DNA of 64,000 nucleotides from Octopus sinensis (lineage: Eukaryota). The DNA lies in contig NC_043004.1 in assembly GCF_006345805.1 (NCBI RefSeq), forward strand, positions 79,484,001-79,548,000, written 5' to 3'. Made by a program: the position numbers and the translations under genes. The notes under the pieces are model-generated. The model was not told where the DNA came from. It ran no database searches and saw nothing but the letters and a program-made list of their open reading frames with translations. This document shows positions 58,212 to 64,000 of the stretch, one piece after another; within the stretch, counting starts at the first letter, position 1, and each line of letters begins with the position of its first letter.

Positions 58212-60764
58212 TTAATATATTTTTTTGTTCAATTTTATTTTGGCTTTTTTTTTTTGGTAACACACATTTTTGTTATATTTATTTTCTAAATTTAATTTAA
58301 AGTTTAATCTATTTAATATCCTAATTCATTTATTGAAATATTCTAATGACTAACAAACATCCTAAGCTTTCATAAATGTTCAATGGTATCACGGGTATGG
58401 AACTGGGAAGACCATATTTCAAATGGGTACTCGGTACAGGTGTTGGATAAAGTGAATGTATTTCTTAGTGAAGGTGTTTGGCTCATGGCCATAAGGTCAT
58501 CAGTTCAATTCCTGGCAGTGTGTTGCCTCTTTGAGCAAAGCAAATTATTTCCCGTTGCTCAAATCCACTCAACTGGCAAAAATTAGTTGTACCTGTAATT
58601 TCAGAGGGCCACCCTTGTCACATTCTGTGTCACACTGAATATCCATGAGAACTACGTTAAGGGTACACGTGTCTGTGGAGTGATCAACCACTTATATATT
58701 AATTTCACAACTAGGCTGTTTCGTTGATGAGGTTAACTGGAACCCTTGTCATCATAACCGACAGAGTGCTGGTTATATTTATTAGCAATCAACCCTACAG
58801 AGAACTCAGAGCTCAGTCCATTTGGATGAGTCTAGCAACAACGTTTGAACCATAGAGGGAAATTAAGCCTCTATGTAAGACTGATTGCTAATAATTAAAT
58901 ATATATTTTTAGGAGTGATAAATTCATAGGAACATGGTCATGTCACTTAAAACAAAGAACTCAATTTAAAAACCCAAGTTTCATTACATTTAATCCCAAA
59001 CTATGAGTTTAACAAAATATCTTTATCCAATTCGCAATTATGGATTCAGCTTATTAATATGGAAATTCTCTGTTATTTAAATCATTTTACTATCTGATGC
59101 CAGCATAGAAGGCAGACATTAAACGATGACGATGATGATTAGGGCATCAAGAACTGAAACTCCTCTTCAGATGTTTGCTAACATAAATGAATGTCTTGAG
59201 GGTGGTGCTTTACTTTTGGTATGCATGCACGTGCGGATGTGTGTGTGTTTTTTCTTAAACTGAAATGTTTTCTCTATTTATATCGGTGTTGCTAGTCATG
59301 AAGGGATTAGGAATTATCTGTCTCCATTTCAATCTGAAAAAAGAATAATATTTGGTTCCCAACTGTATGATTCTGGGTTCAGTCCCACTGCGTGGCAACT
59401 TGAGCAAGTGTAGCCTCAGACCGACCAAAGCCTTGGGAGTGCGTTTGGTTGATAGAAACTGAAAGAAGCCTGTCGTGTGTGTGTGCCTTTGTGTCTGTGT
59501 TTGTCCCGCCACTTGACAACTGGTGTTGGTGTGTTTACAACCCCCGTAACTTAGCAGTTCAGCAAAAGTGACTGATAGAATAAGTACCAGGCTTAAAAAA
59601 AAGTAATGGGGTCAATTCATTCAACTAAAAATTCTTCCAGGTGATGCTCCAGCATTGCCACAGTCTAATGACTGAAACAGGTAAAAGGTAAAATAGCTTT
59701 AGATTTCAGTTAAAGGCTTCTGACTGGCACCCGTGCTGGTGGCACGTAAAAAGCACCATCTGAACGTGGCTGATGTCAGAAACCCCTGACTGGCTCCCGA
59801 ACTAGCGGCACGTAAAAAACACTATTCGAATGTGATCGATGCCAGGCCCGGCAAGTAAAAAGCACCCACTACACACTCGGTGTGGTTGGTGTTAGGAAGG
59901 GCCTCCAGCTGTAGAAACATTGCCAGATCAGATTGGAGCCTGGTGCAACTGCTGGCTTTCCAGACCTCAGTCAGACCATCCAAACAGTATATATATACAA
60001 ATATATAAAAACACTATGCTCATTATTATAATAGGAGATTATTATCATTATTAAGGCAGCAAGCTAGTAGAATCCTTAACATGTCTGGGAAAATGGTTAG
60101 TGGCATTTCATCTGTCTTTATGATTCTGCCGAGGTCAACTTTGCTTTTCCTCCTTCAAGGGTCGATAAAATAAGGACCAGTTGCACACTGGGGTCGATGT
60201 AATCGACTTAACCCTTCCTCCCCAAATTACTAGCCCTTGTCAAAATTTGAAACCATTATTATCATTTGCGTTGTTCTGTAATGTAGCAATAATTACTATT
60301 TGTAATTATTTCTGTTTTGAATTATTTTTTATTTATTAATTACTTTTAATACCTTGTGTATTTTTGACATTTTTTTTTTTTTTTTTTGTAAATTAAAGAT
60401 TCTCGTTAAATACATTATAAACCTTTTGTTGTTGTTTATTAAACGCTTTTGCTTCCCTTAAGTTCCTTCCTTGCTTCAAAGCTTATTCTAATTTGGTTCT
60501 AGTTTATGGTACCGTTGCTGCTGCAAATTAATATAATTCCACTGTTAGCATGTATACTTTAAATGGTATTACTGTAGACTCTACTTAACGTTCCTTTACT
60601 CGTTTCTCTTGTTAATTCTAACTTCTAAATGCTTATTAGCCATTTATTTCCACTTTAAATTCTTTCTCTCCATTTTTATTGACTGCATTCTCCTTATTTT
60701 ACCTGGTCACGTGACTCATTTGAATGTATTTTAGTTGGTACTTGTTATTTAATTATCCTGCTAA

Positions 60765-61330
60765 GGCGGCAAGCTGGCAGAAACATCAGCACACCGGGGG
60801 AAATGCGTAGCTGTATTTCGTCTGCCGTTACGTTCTCAGTTCAAATTCCGCCGAGGTCAACTTTGCCTTTCATCCTTTCAGGGTCGATAAATTAAGTACC
60901 AGTTACGCACTGGGGTCGATATAATCGACTTAATCCGTTTGTTTGTCCTTGTTTGTCCTCTCTGTGTTTAGCCCCTTGTGGGTAGTAAAGAAATAGGTAT
61001 TTCATCTGCTGCTATGTTCTGAGTTCAAATTCTACCGAGGTCAACTTTGCCTTTCATCCTTTCGAGGTCGATTAAATAAGTACCAGTTACGCACTGGGGT
61101 CGATGTAATCGACTTAATCCGTTTGTCTGTCCTTGTTTGTCCCCTAAGTGTTTAGCCCCTTGTGGGTAGTAAAGAAATAGGTATTTCATCCATCTTTACA
61201 TTCTGAGTTCAAATGCCACCGAGGTCGACTTTACCTTTCATCGTTTCAGGGTCAATAAAATAAGTATTTGGGGGTCGATGTAATCAACTTATCTCCTCCT
61301 TGAAATTGCTGGCTTTGTGCCCAAAATTTA
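60765..61330 (+). mobile_element. SINE family A trimer (other plus copies at ~27335-27720, 46245-46480, 51360-51545, 60050-60260)
   Basis: One full copy followed by two headless copies, each joined at aaatagGTATTT. Confidence 0.85.
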
Positions 61331-62283
61331 AAACCACCATTTTATTCTCTCACACTCCCCCCCCCCCCCACTCTCTCTCATTCCATATTTTTCCATGAGT
61401 ATATATTTAACTCTTAAATATCTAAGTTCTGGCATGGACACATGATGATCAAGTTTGCTTCCCAGCCATGTGGTTTCAGGTTCAGTCCTGTTGCGAGGCA
61501 TCTTGGTTAACGCACACGGTTGGAATCGGCACATTTTCATTGGGTACCAGTATCATCATCATCATTGTCAATTAACACCCATTTTCCCTGTTGGCATGGC
61601 TTGGATGGTTTGACAGAATCTGAAAAGCCACAGGACTGTGTCGTGCTCCGGTGCATTCTTTGATATGGTTTCTGCAGCTGGATGCCTTTCCTAACAGAGA
61701 CCACCCTACAGAGTGGACTTGGTGCTTTTTATGTGGCACCAGCACTAGTGAGGTCACTGAGTAGCTTGCAAGACAGAGAAAAAGAAGCTCCCTCATTTAT
61801 GTACATACGTTGTGTGTGTTTGTGTTTGTCTTCCAAGCATCTGACAACCAGTGTTGGTTTGTTTACGTCCCTGTAACTTAGTAATTCAGCAAAAAAAACA
61901 CCAGCAGAATAAGTACTGCAATCTGCTTAAGTTTAACCTTTCAAAGCAGTGCCCCAGCATGGCCACAGTCTAATGACTGTTACCAGTAAAAGAATCAATA
62001 AATTGTTTATATAGATGTGGATATGGTTGCGTGGTAAGAGGCTTGCTTCCCAACCACATGGTTCCAGGTTCAGTCCCACTGCATGTCACCTTGGGCAAGT
62101 GTCTTTTACTATAGCATTGGGTCAACCAATGTCTTGTGAGTGGATTCGGTAGATGGAAACTGAAAGAAGACTGTCATATATATATATAAATTTCAGCAAA
62201 ATTTAGATTCAGATGAATATGGTACTTAAGTCAAAGGCACCAGAATTTTGTATGGTATTATCCATATAAATCAATGGGGTGAT

Positions 62284-62453
62284 TATAATCAAAATAAGCA
62301 ACAAGTATATCTGAGGTAGAGTGGTACAATCGTTTCATGCTACTTCATTTTATTAAACACTGATGTAATACTTACAGTGTGTAATAAAATGAAGTAGCAT
62401 GAAACGATTGTACCACTCTACCTCAGATATACTTGTTGCTTATTTTGATTATA
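62284..62453. repeat. Perfect 72-bp inverted repeat with 26-nt spacer
   Basis: 62284-62355 is the exact reverse complement of 62382-62453 by manual comparison. Confidence 0.92.
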
Positions 62454-62762
62454 TATATAGTTTAGAAAAGAAATATAAATCATCATCATCGTTTAACATC
62501 CGCTTTCCATGCTGATGTGGGTTGGATGTTTTGACTGAGGACTGGGAAGCTGGGAGGCTGCACCAGGCACCAGTCTGATCTGGCAAGGTTTCTACTGCTG
62601 GATGCCTTTCATAATGCCAACCACTCTAAGAGTGTAGTGGCTGCTTTTTATGTGCCACCAACATGGGGACCAGTCATGTGGCAGTGGCATTGATCATGTT
62701 TGAATGGTGAATTTTATGTGCCACCGGCACTGGCATCGAATGGTGCTTACATAAATAAGGGT

Positions 62763-63245
62763 GCAGGCGTGGCTGTGTGGTAAAAAGCTTGCTTCCCAAC
62801 CACATGGTTCTGGTTTCAGTCCCACTGCATGGCACCTTGGGCAAGTGTCTTCTACTATAGCCTTGGACCTACCAAAGCCTTGTGATTGGATTTAGTAGAT
62901 GGAAACTGAAAGAAGCCCATCGTATATATTTGTGTGTCTTTGTGTCTGTGTTTGTCCCCCCACTATCGTTTGACAACTGATATTAGTATGTTTATATCCT
63001 CGTAACTTAGCAGTTTGGCAAAAATAAACCAATAGAGTAAATACCAAGCTTACAAAGAATAATTCCTTGGGTCAATTTCTTTGACTGAAAGGCAGTGCTC
63101 CAGCATGGCCACAGTCAAACAACTGAAGCAAATAAATAGAAATAAAAGAAATAAATACTGGAGTTGATTCGTTTGACTAAAATTCTTCAAGGTGGTGCCC
63201 CAGCATGGCCACAGTCTAATGACTGAAACAAGTGAAAGACAGAAG
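62763..63245 (+). mobile_element. tRNA-derived SINE family B, near full length (also ~9470-9880, 21585-21990, 25635-25790, 46490-46630, 54525-54660, 59340-59695, 62020-62180 plus; ~2120-2430, 7010-7170, 22300-22620, 43000-43145, 44860-45010, 48620-48750, 50385-50530 minus)
   Basis: Head gcaggcgtggctgtgtggtaa...ggttcagtcccactg (A/B boxes), CORE-like ccttgggcaagtgtcttc, internal (TG)n, tail ccagcatggccgcagtc. Confidence 0.85.
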
Positions 63246-63604
63246 ATAAAAGATATTTCATTGATTTTCTTTTTTCCTGTTAGGGGTGGGGGAGTTGGTT
63301 TCACTGACAAATACTTTGAATCATGGGAAGTCTTGTGTCCCCCACCCCCATATTGATCGTCTTTCACTAAAATGGAGGTGGTTTCTATTTTTCACTCTCA
63401 GAATAATTCCTAAGTGTCAGGTAAGCCAATGAACTCTAAACCTTTTGCTGTATATTCGGCACTACCACTTTAGTGGGGTGTATAGGAAGAATTTGACCTA
63501 AATGTCTTAGAATCGGGTTTCTTTCAGTTGAGTCCAACTGTAAAATGATATTTTCTGTTTTTTTGTTGTTTTTTATTTGGTTATTCATTTAACAATTTGC
63601 CACA

Positions 63605-63651
<47 letters not shown>

Positions 63652-64000
63652 TAATGTATGTATACATGCATGCCTGTGTTCAAGTGAGCATGTATGCACA
63701 TGGATGTACAGATATATTATATATAAAAATGCATCATCTTTGTCATTTAACATCTGTTTTCCATACTGGCATGGGTTGGATGTGACTTGACAAGAGCTGG
63801 CAAAGCCAGGATCCACACCAGGTTTCATGGTTTCTACAACTGGATGTCCTTCCTAATGCCAACCATTTTACAAAGTGTATTGGGTGCTTTTAATGTGGCC
63901 CCCAACTCCAGAAAGTATAGACAGATTGGGGGAATAAGGGAGATAGGTATGCACTAGCGTGGCTGTGTGGTTAAGAATAGTTAAGAAGCTTGCTTTTGAA

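Noticed and set aside
57761-64000. DEPDC1 exon 11 and later exons
   Set aside because: No segment encoding the expected C-terminal motifs (FC.QIS..EF, K..LKQFQK.YP) was found. Presumed beyond the window.

Overview
AT-rich, repeat-dense animal genomic DNA. The SINE families and microsatellite load suggest an octopus/coleoid cephalopod, but this is inferred from remembered repeat consensuses, not a search. Two genes sit head-to-head, with ATGs 236 bp apart. OSBPL9 (ORP9) runs on the minus strand; only its first coding exon (start of the PH domain) is in the window, followed by an intron that appears to exceed 18 kb. A DEPDC1-family gene (DEP + RhoGAP-like) runs on the plus strand, with 10 coding exons traced in consistent phase from 18542 to 57760 (687 codons) and its 3' end beyond the window. 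The shared promoter has three CCAAT boxes and a CDE-4nt-CHR element typical of G2/M genes. DEPDC1 intron 2 holds a ~13.5 kb array of a 65-bp unit (~207 copies). The array appears to have been born from a SINE tail, has higher-order structure, and each unit carries splice-site-like signals inside a small hairpin that would define an in-frame 60-nt mini-exon. DEPDC1 exon 8 is a symmetric 834-nt exon at the same position as the alternatively spliced large exon of human DEPDC1. The rest is SINEs (at least 4 families), MITEs (mariner, hAT, piggyBac, Merlin-like, Helitron), LINE scraps, Penelope-like fold-back hairpins (one with a hammerhead ribozyme core) and microsatellites. No CRISPR array, rRNA or true tRNA gene was found.
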